Below, piece after piece: positions 38,199 to 48,335 of a DNA stretch of 64,000 bases. The position numbers were made by a program, and so were the translations under genes. The notes beneath the pieces were generated by a model that did not search any database, had not been told where the DNA came from, and worked only from the letters and a program-made list of their open reading frames with translations. The stretch comes from Thermodesulfobacteriota bacterium (GTDB taxonomy: Bacteria > Desulfobacterota > Desulfarculia > JACQYL01). Position 1 is the first letter of the stretch, and the number at the start of each line of letters is the position of its first letter. The stretch is taken from assembly GCA_963675595.2 (NCBI GenBank), contig CAXXLZ010000002.1:704001-768000 (forward strand), read 5' to 3'.

Positions 38199-38498
38199 TT
38201 AGGGAGACATGAGGGTCTTCATAGTCTCCTCGTTCTCCGTCAGAGTGGTAATGGGGTGCAGCTCGAACATCACAAAGGGCATGTATTTCTGCACCGCGAG
38301 GTTGACTTCGGCGTGGGTGCCTTCGCAGACGGCGTATCCTCTTCCTTCCCCGATGAAGGCCCCCCAATCCGTGATGGCGCCGCCTTCCATATCTTTCCGA
38401 ATCAGTTTCAACAAATTGGCGGCTGCGGCCGCTCGATCTTTCGGGTTCTCCGGCACCCGGCTCATGTCCATCTCCCACAACAACAAAAACTTACCCAT
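38199..38498 (-). CDS. DUF3303-like small protein
   Basis: MGKFLLLWE...ITDWGAFIGEGRGYAVCEG...YMPFVMFELHPI. Confidence 0.75.
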   Translation of the reverse strand: MGKFLLLWEMDMSRVPENPKDRAAAAANLLKLIRKDMEGGAITDWGAFIGEGRGYAVCEGTHAEVNLAVQKYMPFVMFELHPITTLTENEETMKTLMSP

Positions 38499-38551
38499 GA
38501 TTCTCCCCTTTCACGTGTGAGTGTCCTTATGCCGATAGTTCACGGGGTCAT

Positions 38552-38613
38552 CGGAGGGCTCCTGTCCCCCGGGACTCCTTATGTGAGCTCCATCCCCAAG
38601 AGGACGGGCCGAA
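38552..38613 (+). repeat. About 62-bp direct repeat, right of the DUF3303-like gene
   Basis: Similar to 38014-38077. Confidence 0.6.
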
Positions 38614-38723
38614 CCGGTGAATCGCCTTGTCGGTAGAGAGCCTTCACACCCATTCCTGCGGTCTCACCTCCCTTCTTGCCTGGTTGCGGGGCCGAAACGC
38701 CCCTGCCTCAAGCCACGTCGGAT

Positions 38724-39650
38724 TCACGCGATGCCCAGCCAGGAAGCGGCCGCTTCGCCCAGCACGGCCCTCACCTCGGCTTCGGAAAAAAAGATGTCCT
38801 CGGATGCCTTGGCGGGCAGTTCCTTCATGAGGTCCACGAAGGCTTTATTGGACATGGCGGGGCGCATGAAAGGACCGTCGGTTCCGAAGAACACGCGGTT
38901 CGGGCCCAGGGCGTCCAGGGCGCCTCTCAAAGCCGCGCAAAAGGCGTGACGGTCCTTGAGTGCCGCCATCTGCCAGCCGGAAATGTCCGAAGCCAAGTTG
39001 GAACGGTACGCACTCAATTCATGGACGCGACGTCCAAAACCGCGTCCCAGATGCGCGGCGATGATCTTCAAGTGGGGAAAATCCAGCAGAATCTCGTCCA
39101 GGTGAAGCGGATCGCAGGGTTTGTTTTTGCCCATCCACATGCCGGTGTGGGTCAGCACCGGCACGCCCAGTTGGGCGACCTTGGCCAGAAAATGATACCC
39201 TGCTTTTTCGTCGGGAAACCAACCCGTGCCCGGGTGCAGCTTGACTCCTTTGAGCCCCCAATCCTTCACGGCCGTCTCCACCAGATCCAGGGCTCCGGGC
39301 CGGCGAGGGTCCACTCCGGCAAAAGCGATGATGCGGTCCGGGTAGGTTTCCTGCATCGCGGCGAAGGCTTTGTTCTGTTCCAGGATCCCGATGGGGGGCT
39401 CTCCGTACAGGTAGCCCAGGTCCTGGGGCAAAATCACCGTCTTGTCGATGCCGGCTTCATCCATCTCGGCCACCAGCTTGCTCCCGTCCGGGTCCCAGAA
39501 AGTCTCCAAGATGTTCTCCCGCACTCCCTCCAGGGTCATTTTCATTCCCATGGACCTGAGTCCGTCGATGTACACGGTTCCGATGGTCCTCCACCATTCA
39601 TCGGAATGCCAGCCTTCAATCAGCGGATGATAATGAACGTCGATAATCAT
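38724..39650 (-). CDS. Amidohydrolase_2 family metal-dependent hydrolase
   Basis: MIIDVHYH, GVKLHP, PVLTHTG, IIAAHLG, FGTDGPF; GGAGG SD. Confidence 0.9.
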   Translation of the reverse strand: MIIDVHYHPLIEGWHSDEWWRTIGTVYIDGLRSMGMKMTLEGVRENILETFWDPDGSKLVAEMDEAGIDKTVILPQDLGYLYGEPPIGILEQNKAFAAMQETYPDRIIAFAGVDPRRPGALDLVETAVKDWGLKGVKLHPGTGWFPDEKAGYHFLAKVAQLGVPVLTHTGMWMGKNKPCDPLHLDEILLDFPHLKIIAAHLGRGFGRRVHELSAYRSNLASDISGWQMAALKDRHAFCAALRGALDALGPNRVFFGTDGPFMRPAMSNKAFVDLMKELPAKASEDIFFSEAEVRAVLGEAAASWLGIA

Positions 39651-40380
39651 TGAAACACCTCCCTCGTGTTGAGGATGCACGTGGGTCCCTTTGGAGTCTC
39701 GTACGCTCCGGACGGGCGGTAGGCCGGCCCTGTCGCCGCATACGGGCTCTGCGAAGCCGGACGGGTCATCAAGCCGAATGGAGAAATGGAATTTCCGACC
39801 CCACTCCAACCCGTAATGCGGGTATCGCCGGGACGCCGGCAACATTCGGTTGAAGCGGTACGTTGGAAAACAACTAGAGTCCGTGAATGAGCATGAGAGT
39901 AAAGAGGTCCTTCGGAAAGTAAGCCGCGGCAAGGGGGGACGGATCGCAATCCGCAAATCGCATCTGTCGGCGGTCCATTACGCAAGAGAACCCTCCGATG
40001 CAGGAGAAGGGTTGTTCACAAAACGAAAAGCGTATGGATAATTGGTGTCGGCTGGGTAAGCGGCACAAGGCGCACAATGCGTCCGAGTATATCATCAAAA
40101 GAAGGAATCCCAAGCAGGTTTTTTCAAAGGAATCCTCCGATACGAGTATGGACGGATTTGCATAATTCCGCACACATTTCGAGCTATTTTGGAATCACAA
40201 TGATATGATCGATCGATTACCATGCCAAGAAGGAGATTTTCAAAGACAGGATCGGTTTCCGGTTGACCCGTGGACCCACATTGGCCGAATATGGATCTTC
40301 ACCACGCCGGAATTCCGGAAACGGCCCATAACAACCAACGCCGATCGGCTCACGATCCCACTCTGCGGGAGGTTCAAACC

Positions 40381-41961
40381 ATGCGTCTGAAAAATCGAGG
40401 CAACGCCCCGAAACCTCTTGGGAACATCATGACGGTCCTGGCACTGACTGCGATGGGGCTTCTTGCCTCCTGTTCCGGCGGCGCCCAATCCGAAGAAAAC
40501 CCGGTCACCTACGCCGTCGACACTTACAAACTCTTTGATGCATCGTCGTGGGAAGCCATCCAACGATTCGTTGTAAGCTCCGATGGGGAGCGGGTGGTTT
40601 ATGAAGTCTACAACTCAGACCCGGATCACACGTTCTCAAGAATCCTGAGTGTTCCCTTGATCGGAGGCCCCGCCGTAGAACTTTTCAATACGGACACAGA
40701 CGACCGATTTATTCACTGGTACGAAATCACTCCAGACGGGTCGCATGTCGTTATATCGGCCACATCCGATTACGGCCTCGGGTTTCGGCTCTATTCCGTT
40801 CCCATCGGGGGAGGCGAGCTCCTGGCGCTCAACGAAGACCCGACGGTCCCCTACGATCCCAATGGGCCGTCCTACTTCATCATCACCCCCGACGGACGAA
40901 GCCTGCTCTATGCCGCCCTCGCAACCGAAGACCTTCGCATCGTACCGGTTACCGGAGGCCCCTCCATGTCCTTGAGCGGTCCTTTGAAAGGCACCATATC
41001 CGCCCTATCCTTCCAAGTCGACCCGAAAGGTGACTACGCGGTCTATACCGCAAAATACGAGGGAGACGACGAAGCCGTGTACAGTGTCTCCCTGAAAGGA
41101 GGAGAGCCCATCCGATTGAGCCGTGAATCAGTCCATCTGCCGTATCCGGTGGATGACTTGACCATGATTACTCCGGACGGCGGTCGTGTGATCTATGTTT
41201 ATGCGACAGTTGGCGCCGATGTGTGGTTTCATATAGCAGGGGTTCCCATAACGGGCGGCGAAGCCGTGCATTATCTCCAAAGCCCGGACACTCCCCACAT
41301 GGAACTGAGCCTTCATGCGCCCTACTTTCTAGGTGAATTCCGCGAATACGACGGTGGACCGCAAAAGCTGCTTGCCGTCTCCACCATCGACGGACGTATT
41401 CGAAACCTGAGCGAGGGATTGCAATCACCCTCCGGAATCAGAGGTTACGGGATCACTCCCGAGGGCGGGGACGTGATCGTCGCGGCGAATTACAATCAAG
41501 AAGAGTTTCGACTTTTCAGAGTTTCTCTTGAAGGCGGCCGCCCGGTCCAGCTGGTCCACTCACCGGTGCAGGAGGACGGAGGCGCGTTCGTCGGCTTTGG
41601 CGAGGACGGTAAATATGCGTTGTATTCCTTGTACTATTTTCCGGACGGAGGGCTGCAAACCCGGGACGTGTACAGCATCCCTCTCAAAGGAGGCGCTTCG
41701 CGGTACCTGTGCTCCACCCGTCGCTTCGTCGTTAGCCCGGACAATGAATGGCTCCTGTGCGGGTCCGGCGTGATGGTTCCCACAACAGGAGGCGTCCCTT
41801 TGGACCCAACGGGCGGGGTTTCCACCATGGCATGGTACTCCATAATCCCGACGTTTGCGTATCCCGCGGACAAGACCTGTATCGTGTGGACCTCGCAAGC
41901 AGCACCGTCTTCGCCTTCGGACCTGTTCGTCGGCGTACTCAGAGAAATCGTGGAGGAATAG
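40381..41961 (+). CDS. Acidic beta-propeller lipoprotein, paralog 2
   Basis: GGGAGG SD then ATG 40381; lipobox LLASCSGG; colinear with 36380-37969 over its full length. Confidence 0.8.
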   Translation: MRLKNRGNAPKPLGNIMTVLALTAMGLLASCSGGAQSEENPVTYAVDTYKLFDASSWEAIQRFVVSSDGERVVYEVYNSDPDHTFSRILSVPLIGGPAVELFNTDTDDRFIHWYEITPDGSHVVISATSDYGLGFRLYSVPIGGGELLALNEDPTVPYDPNGPSYFIITPDGRSLLYAALATEDLRIVPVTGGPSMSLSGPLKGTISALSFQVDPKGDYAVYTAKYEGDDEAVYSVSLKGGEPIRLSRESVHLPYPVDDLTMITPDGGRVIYVYATVGADVWFHIAGVPITGGEAVHYLQSPDTPHMELSLHAPYFLGEFREYDGGPQKLLAVSTIDGRIRNLSEGLQSPSGIRGYGITPEGGDVIVAANYNQEEFRLFRVSLEGGRPVQLVHSPVQEDGGAFVGFGEDGKYALYSLYYFPDGGLQTRDVYSIPLKGGASRYLCSTRRFVVSPDNEWLLCGSGVMVPTTGGVPLDPTGGVSTMAWYSIIPTFAYPADKTCIVWTSQAAPSSPSDLFVGVLREIVEE

Positions 41962-42137
41962 CGGAGCAAAGCACAGGTGTCCCGGGCCCTGTAATGAAAC
42001 CATGACACTCCGGGGATGTTGTTGAATGGGTTGGGTGTCGAACCGGCGGCGTCGTGACACTACGGCATTCGCATGAACCATCGGGGCGGGAGGCGCAGTC
42101 GGCGCGTCTCTGCTCAGGACCCGCCTGAACGCCCTCA

Positions 42138-42167
42138 ATAAAAAGGGCGAAGCATCCGCTTCGCCCT
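42138..42167 (-). terminator. Rho-independent terminator for the cytochrome genes
   Basis: Stem AGGGCGAAGC/GCTTCGCCCT, 4-nt loop, followed by TTTTATT on the minus strand. Confidence 0.8.
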
Positions 42168-42219
42168 GAATCTTGCCTACTCTCCGATCCCGGAACCGGA
42201 GAAAGTTATTTCGTCGAGA

Positions 42220-42963
42220 TTATTCGGGTCGTTCAGTGTCCTTCCCCTTTTCGGGTTTGGGGAACGCGGCATACGGCTTGTCTTTGTAATGGTAGTGACA
42301 GTCGGTGCAGCGGTACGGGACTTCCTTGCCGGCATCCACCAAGTTCTTGTGGCAGCCCTTGCACTGCCGGTGGAAAGCCGTTTTGAGCTTTACCACGCCG
42401 TCATGGTCTTCTTTCTGATGGCAGGTGTTGCATTTCTGTATCGGGTCGCCGCGCTTCCAGACGTTTTCGCCGTTCTCATAACGATGGTGACAACTGGTGC
42501 AGGGCGTATTGTACTTCTTCCAGTGGTTCAGATGGGTGAAAACCACCGAAGGTTTCGTTCGGCCTTCCTGGAAATCATAGTAATCGATCTGGCCGTGACA
42601 TTCATGGCATTTGGTCGGCGCATCTCCACCGCTGAGTCGATGACATTCCACACAGTTCTTGTGCATGGCGTCCTTGAGCGTGGTCAGTGCTTCCGTGGCC
42701 TCGCCGTCGGTATGACACACACTGCATTTCTGAATGGGTTCGCCTTCCACGTGTTCGTGGTGGCAATCGGTGCAGTCGCTCGCGTAGTTTTCCACATGGT
42801 TCTGATGGGTGAACTCCACCGGGGGACGCAGGCGCTTGCCTTCGAAGAAATTGGACCGAATGTAAAACGCGTCCTCAACTCCCGACTGCGACTGGGCCCA
42901 AACCAGACCCAAAGCACCTATTCCCATAAGCAAACAGATGAACAGAACGACGGCTTTCCTCAT
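42220..42963 (-). CDS. Octaheme cytochrome c (two tandem class III c3 domains)
   Basis: Signal peptide; 8 CxxCH motifs; two PVxFTHxxH c3 motifs. Confidence 0.9.
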   Translation of the reverse strand: MRKAVVLFICLLMGIGALGLVWAQSQSGVEDAFYIRSNFFEGKRLRPPVEFTHQNHVENYASDCTDCHHEHVEGEPIQKCSVCHTDGEATEALTTLKDAMHKNCVECHRLSGGDAPTKCHECHGQIDYYDFQEGRTKPSVVFTHLNHWKKYNTPCTSCHHRYENGENVWKRGDPIQKCNTCHQKEDHDGVVKLKTAFHRQCKGCHKNLVDAGKEVPYRCTDCHYHYKDKPYAAFPKPEKGKDTERPE

Positions 42964-43008
42964 GAAGTTCCCTTTCCGGCAATCCGATTCTCGACCACGG
43001 TTCCGGGA

Positions 43009-43617
43009 TTACTTGTGACAGACAAAGCAAGTATTCGGCGCGGATCGCTTGGAATGGCAATCGGCGCAATCGTCCATCTTCATGCGATCCCAGGAGTTGC
43101 TCTTGAAGCCCGATATGTTCCGACCCCAGATATCGATGCTGTATCCCGTAAGCCGGTTCTCCAGGTACGCGGGAAGAACGTTCTCCGTATTCTTGGGCCC
43201 GTGGCAGGTCACGCATTCGATCTTGGCCATTTTAACGTGCGGGGCGTGGGCGAAATACACACAGATGGGTTGTTTGGAATAGACGCGCCAGGGAATCTCC
43301 CGGTCTCCATCGATATATTCGTCCATCAAAACCGCTTCGTAAGGGCTCTCACTCTGCCTGTACTCGTGGCACTGGGCACAGTCGGAGGTTTTCGGAATAC
43401 CACTGAAGGTCCCGTTGGGCCTCAAAAAGTGGCAATTCGAGCATTCCAACCCCACCTGGTCCCCATGTTTTGCGTGGGAAAAATTCATAGGTTGAGGCTT
43501 TTCAACGTACAACAGCATGGGGAACACAACCCAGCCCACCAACAAGCTGAGGACCAGTCCCCCCACAAAGGGAACCACATCCGCCAGAATATTTCGGCGC
43601 TTAATATAGGGCGCCAT
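43009..43617 (-). CDS. qrcA: Membrane-anchored pentaheme cytochrome c, QrcA/ActA type
   Basis: GWVVFPMLLY..QPMNFSH, IPWRVYSKQPICVYFAHAPH, NRLTGYSIDIWG, RMKMDDCADCH, CFVCHK; 5 CxxCH. Confidence 0.85.
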   Translation of the reverse strand: MAPYIKRRNILADVVPFVGGLVLSLLVGWVVFPMLLYVEKPQPMNFSHAKHGDQVGLECSNCHFLRPNGTFSGIPKTSDCAQCHEYRQSESPYEAVLMDEYIDGDREIPWRVYSKQPICVYFAHAPHVKMAKIECVTCHGPKNTENVLPAYLENRLTGYSIDIWGRNISGFKSNSWDRMKMDDCADCHSKRSAPNTCFVCHK

Positions 43618-43702
43618 AGAGTGCCTCCTAGTACGAATTTTGGCCTTCTTACCGGATCGTGAAAAAAAAATCAAGCTCAGATTGAACTCTTTTTCACCGA
43701 CG

Positions 43703-45970
43703 TCACATCCTTTTCAGCAAGTCCGCAAACGGAGAATTGAATGCCTCCTGCTTACGGGACCGGCTTTCGGACTCGCCGGTCTTGCCCCGGACGGGCGCGC
43801 TTTTCGCTTTCCCTTCCGTCTTTCGTTCCGCTTGCGCATCCTTTCTCATGGAAAGGGAAATCCTGCGCCTTTCCAGGTCCACTTCGAGCACGGTCACGGA
43901 AACCTTTTGGTGCACCTTGACCACCTGGTGGGGATCCTTCACGTAACGGTCCGCCAGTTGGCTCACGTGTACCAGACCGTCCTGATGGACCCCTATATCG
44001 ACGAAGGCCCCGAACGCGGTGACGTTGGTCACCACGCCGGGAAGCACCATGCCCGACTCGAGGTCCTCGATCTTCTGCGCTTTTTCAGAAAACAGGAAGG
44101 ATTCGAAAGCCTTCCTAGGATCTCTGCCGGGTTTACCGAGCTCTTCCAGAATGTCCTTAATGGTGGGCATTCCCACACGGTCCGTCACGTATTTCTTGGG
44201 GTCCACCCCTCCCAGGGCCGCATCGTTCCCCACCAGTTCCCCGATGGAACAGCCCAGGTCCGAAGCCATGGATTCCACGACCCAGTACGATTCGGGATGA
44301 ACCGCGCTCCCGTCCAAGGGGTTCAGCCCCCCCCGGATTCTCATGAAGCCCGCAGACTGTTCGAAGGCTTTCGGTCCGAGCATGGGGACTTTGAGCAGCT
44401 CCGCTCTCGACCGGTAAGGACCGTTTTCGTTCCGGAAGGCCACCACGTTCTTGGCCAAACGGGGTCCCATACCGGAGACATAGGTCAGAAGGGAGGGGCT
44501 GGCCGTATTCACGTCCACGCCCACCGCGTTCACACAACTCACCACCACATCGTCCAGCGTGCGCTTGAGCTCCCTCTGGTCCACGTCGTGCTGGTACTGA
44601 CCGACCCCGATGGACTTGGGATCGATCTTCACGAGTTCGGCCAGAGGGTCCAGAAGCCTCCTACCGATGCTCACCGCGCCTCGAATCGTCACGTCCTGGT
44701 CGGGCAGCTCTTCTCTGGCTACACGAGACGCGGAATACACGGAGGCGCCGCTTTCATTGACCATGGTCAGGAAGATTCCCTCCGGCAGTCCTAAACCGCG
44801 CAGGAAACTTAACGTCTCACGCCCTCCCGTGCCGTTGCCCACCGCCACGGCCTCTATATCAAACTTCGCACACAGCGCCGAAATCACCTTGGCGGCCGTC
44901 GCCCTCCCGGCATCGTTCAACAAAGGAAACACGGTCTCCGTGTGCAACAGCTTTCCCTGCCGGTCCAGGCAGACCACTTTGCACCCCGTGCGAATTCCGG
45001 GGTCCACGGCCATGATGATCTTTTCGCCCAGGGGAGGAGCCATGAGCAACTCCCGGAGGTTCGCCGCAAACACGTGAATGGCCGTTTTGTCCGCTTCCTT
45101 CTTGGCCTCCATGCGCTTTTCGGTCTCCATGGAAGGGGAAAGAAGCCTTCGATACCCGTCGCAAACCGCCTCCCCGACCTCCTTTGAACACGCCCCCGCG
45201 CCTTTGACGAAGCGAGAGCGAAGAAGGTCCAGGGCGCGATCTTCCGGCACGGCAACCCGCAGGTTGAGGATGTCTTCCGCCGCTCCGCGGAGCATGGCCA
45301 ATACTCGGTGAGAGGGCGCTTCCGATATCTTTTCCGTCCAGTCGAAATAGTCCTTGAACTTCGCTCCCTCGGTTTCCTTGCCGGGTATGGCGCGACAGCG
45401 AAATACGCCCTCCGAGGCAAACAGGCGACGGATATCGCCGCGCGCCTCCTCACTCTCGTTGACCCATTCCGCAATGATGTCCCGAGCGCCGGCCAACGCC
45501 TCCTCGACGCCGGAAACCCCTTTTTCCGCGTCCACATAATCGGCGGCCAGACGAGACGGATCGGCCGTTACCTCCTGAAGAAACAGGGCTTGAGCCAAAG
45601 GCTCCAGTCCCTTTTCCCGGGCCATGGTCGCTCGTGTTCTTTTCTTGGGCCGATAAGGAAGATAGATGTCTTCAAGTAGGGTGAGGCTGTCGGCCTGCTC
45701 GATACGGGCCTGCAATTCTTCGGTGAGCAATTCCCGTTCGGATAAGGATTTGAGGATGGACTCGCGTCGGGCGTCCAGATCCCGAAGCTGAAACAGACGA
45801 TCCTTGATGTCCGTGATGGCCACCTCGTCCAGGCTCCCGGTGGCCTCCTTCCGGTACCTGGCCATAAACGGCACGGTGGCGCCTTCTTCGATCAAACCAA
45901 CCACGGCCCGAACCTGAAAAGCTTTCAGGCCCATCTCCTTTGCGATGGGTTCCACATATCGTTCGCTCAT
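43703..45970 (-). CDS. tex: Tex family RNA-binding transcriptional accessory protein
   Basis: EGATVPFMARYRKEATG, DPGIRTGCK, VNESGASVYSAS, IDPKSIGVGQYQHDV, C-terminal S1 domain. Confidence 0.95.
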   Translation of the reverse strand: MSERYVEPIAKEMGLKAFQVRAVVGLIEEGATVPFMARYRKEATGSLDEVAITDIKDRLFQLRDLDARRESILKSLSERELLTEELQARIEQADSLTLLEDIYLPYRPKKRTRATMAREKGLEPLAQALFLQEVTADPSRLAADYVDAEKGVSGVEEALAGARDIIAEWVNESEEARGDIRRLFASEGVFRCRAIPGKETEGAKFKDYFDWTEKISEAPSHRVLAMLRGAAEDILNLRVAVPEDRALDLLRSRFVKGAGACSKEVGEAVCDGYRRLLSPSMETEKRMEAKKEADKTAIHVFAANLRELLMAPPLGEKIIMAVDPGIRTGCKVVCLDRQGKLLHTETVFPLLNDAGRATAAKVISALCAKFDIEAVAVGNGTGGRETLSFLRGLGLPEGIFLTMVNESGASVYSASRVAREELPDQDVTIRGAVSIGRRLLDPLAELVKIDPKSIGVGQYQHDVDQRELKRTLDDVVVSCVNAVGVDVNTASPSLLTYVSGMGPRLAKNVVAFRNENGPYRSRAELLKVPMLGPKAFEQSAGFMRIRGGLNPLDGSAVHPESYWVVESMASDLGCSIGELVGNDAALGGVDPKKYVTDRVGMPTIKDILEELGKPGRDPRKAFESFLFSEKAQKIEDLESGMVLPGVVTNVTAFGAFVDIGVHQDGLVHVSQLADRYVKDPHQVVKVHQKVSVTVLEVDLERRRISLSMRKDAQAERKTEGKAKSAPVRGKTGESESRSRKQEAFNSPFADLLKRM

Positions 45971-46165
45971 GGGTTAGGCTAGTTAAATCCAGGCCCGTAG
46001 GATGTCAAGAGAATCCGAAGAGAGACGGCGCCCCCGCCCCTCAGCTCAGGATGCCGAAGAGCAAAGAGACGTTTCGGCTCGGCGGTCTTATTGGGCCGAG
46101 CCGGGGATTGCGCCGCAAGTTGAAACGAGTCCCTTCGTATCAGCCGTGGAAGGGGCCGGTTGCCG

Positions 46166-46292
46166 CAGGCTGATGAAAAACCGAAGTGTGCAAGGCGCAC
46201 AAATCACGACGAGCGAGGAGTACTTAGAAGAAGTACGCCGAGGTGATGAGGAACAAAGTGGAACGCCGCAGATCGCGTTTTCCGTGGGCCCG
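46166..46292. repeat. Degenerate copy of the MITE at 28475-28599
   Basis: caggctgatgaaaaac...tgcaaggcgcacaaatc...agtacgccg...aacgccgcag.tcgcgtt. Confidence 0.7.
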
Positions 46293-46307
46293 ATATGGGG
46301 CTCGCGT

Positions 46308-47606
46308 TCATTTGACTTTGATCCAAAGCAGCTTTGCGGGAGAGGCCCCCGTATTCTTCCATTCGGTAGGCATCTCGGAGCTCAGGTAGACCAGATTCCC
46401 CGACCGAATGACATGGGCTTCCTTCCCCACTTTGAATTGCAGTTTTCCCGAGAGCAGGTAACCCAGTTCGTCCCCTTTATGAATGAAGAAATGCGAAGAA
46501 AGGGTTTGTCCCGGAGGAACCTCGATGACATAAGGCTCCGCCCGCCCGTCGAAATCGATGGGGGTCAAGAGATTCGCGGATAAGCTTCCCTCGGGCAAGT
46601 TGGGAAGTTTGACTTCCACGGCCTGCGCCGGGTTGAAAACGAGTCGTTTTCTGGGCTCGGCCCGGTCCTGAAAAAAAGTGCTCACGTCCACGAAGAGTAC
46701 TTCCGCCATTTTCAGCAACGTGGGCAGCGACGGGTAGATGAAGTTGCTTTCGATCTGGGAAATCGTGCTCGGGGTCACTCCCACCAGTTTGGCCAGTTCC
46801 GTCTGGGAAAGACCCCGCTTGATCCTCAGCTCCTTCAACCGTAAGCCCAAATCGATCTTGCTGGTGGTCTTTTTTTCGTCGTCGAATCTCACGCTCAGAT
46901 CGCGGGTCCAGTAACGATGCGGCTTATGGAAGTTCTCCGAATCCCGGCCTTCTCCTTTGAGGATACTGAGCGTAGTGGTTCCTCTCTTGATGGAGAGTTC
47001 GATGGCGACCTGCGCGATCTGGTTCATCTGTGCTCGAAACCTGGACGAATGCGCGTTCTTCTCCAGAACCCAATAAGCGATGGTCTGTAGTTCGTACAAT
47101 CTGGGGCAGGAATGGACATAAAAGCCCAGAAACTGCTCTTCCCCTCCCCAGAGCTCCTGCATTCCGGTGATGCTCTCGAACACCAAGCGGACATCGCCTT
47201 CCATGCGCGAGTGGATTCCATAGAGAGCATCCGTGAAGGCGTCCAATTGTGAGGGATGCTCCATCCTCAAGATTTCGCAGGGCCATTCCGAGGAAGGTTG
47301 ATCGTAGAATCGGGTAAACACCTCGGAGTCGCCGCCTTTGCCCGAGGTGAAACAATCCATGATGGTGAGTTGCGGATACTCCGCCAGCACGCCCAACTTT
47401 TCCAGAAGGTTCTTGGGCGAACGGTCGAAAGTAACATAAATGATGGGTTTTCCCTGAGATTGGGAAGATTGGAGAAAATTCAGACAGAAGACAGACGCCA
47501 AGCTCCCGGCGTCGTCATACCATAGGACATTGTCACCAATGAAAAGTCCTCCCAAGAGTAAGTCGAGCTGACCGACTCCGGATGCTACTCTAACGCGCTG
47601 TTGCAT
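46308..47606 (-). CDS. Regulator: RecA/KaiC-like domain + XRE HTH + cupin
   Basis: SGVGQLDLLLGGLFIGDNVLW (KaiC-like start); LGLRLKELRIKRGLSQTELAKLVGVTPSTISQIE HTH; HKGDELGYLLSG cupin. Confidence 0.85.
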   Translation of the reverse strand: MQQRVRVASGVGQLDLLLGGLFIGDNVLWYDDAGSLASVFCLNFLQSSQSQGKPIIYVTFDRSPKNLLEKLGVLAEYPQLTIMDCFTSGKGGDSEVFTRFYDQPSSEWPCEILRMEHPSQLDAFTDALYGIHSRMEGDVRLVFESITGMQELWGGEEQFLGFYVHSCPRLYELQTIAYWVLEKNAHSSRFRAQMNQIAQVAIELSIKRGTTTLSILKGEGRDSENFHKPHRYWTRDLSVRFDDEKKTTSKIDLGLRLKELRIKRGLSQTELAKLVGVTPSTISQIESNFIYPSLPTLLKMAEVLFVDVSTFFQDRAEPRKRLVFNPAQAVEVKLPNLPEGSLSANLLTPIDFDGRAEPYVIEVPPGQTLSSHFFIHKGDELGYLLSGKLQFKVGKEAHVIRSGNLVYLSSEMPTEWKNTGASPAKLLWIKVK

Positions 47607-47660
47607 ACTGTGCCCGAACCTTTCAGGATTTCTTCCAGTGCTGCTTAATATATTCGGCAA

Positions 47661-47689
47661 CTCTAGCGGAAACCCGTCCCACGCGTCAA
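47661..47689 (-). promoter_or_regulatory. Putative sigma70 promoter of the XRE regulator
   Basis: TTGACG-18 bp-TAGAGT on the minus strand (coordinates approximate). Confidence 0.45.
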
Positions 47690-48002
47690 GCCGCTCACGT
47701 TAAACTCTGGAAGAAAGGACAGGAGAAGCCGGTCACACGTCTGCGATTCGACGAACGCCCCGCTCTCCCGTGGCTACGGTCAAGGCACGACACCGGCGGT
47801 TTCACCCCGGAATAAGGGGATGACGAGCGATCGCCGTTCTCGGCAGGCGAAAGAAAAAAGGCGATGTGCACGCCTTAGGTGAATAGCGCTTTATCTCTTC
47901 GATATGGCGTACTCCGACGATGCCCCGCTCAGCGAGAATACCACGCGGTGCATGTCGCCGTCTTTCATCGGCCTGCAGCGGACAGCCTATAATAACGGGC
48001 TG

Positions 48003-48335
48003 TCAGGGCTGATCCCCTTCCTCGGGACCGCCGACCCCATACATCCTGAAATGCTCGTAGCGGTATCGCGCCCATTTGTAAGCGTCCATAATGGAAACCG
48101 CATAAACGAACCAACCGCCCGCGTATCGGCCCAAAACCGAATGCTGAGGAGTCGTGAGATGAAAACAAAGCCACGCGAGGATCAGCATGAAAAGCAGCAT
48201 CGTCAAGCCGCGTTTGGGGGTATTGTTCAATACCTGCCCCATCCCGGGAAGAATGATGGCGATGAGGAGAACGAGGTAGGGATTGTACGGACCCTTCCGG
48301 CGGGAACCGGTGCTATGGGCGTTTATGGGTTCCAT
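48003..48335 (-). CDS. Small membrane protein (about 3 TM)
   Basis: NPYLVLLIAIILPGMGQVLN...GRYAGGWFVYAVSIMDAYKWAR. Confidence 0.75.
   Translation of the reverse strand: MEPINAHSTGSRRKGPYNPYLVLLIAIILPGMGQVLNNTPKRGLTMLLFMLILAWLCFHLTTPQHSVLGRYAGGWFVYAVSIMDAYKWARYRYEHFRMYGVGGPEEGDQP

Noticed and set aside
37880-41961. Near-identical 3' ends of the two propeller genes as DGR TR/VR
   Set aside because: Similarity spans both full genes and the differences are not adenine-specific
42289-44794. 457-aa and 384-aa plus-strand ORFs
   Set aside because: Antisense to the cytochrome and tex genes; typical high-GC shadow frames
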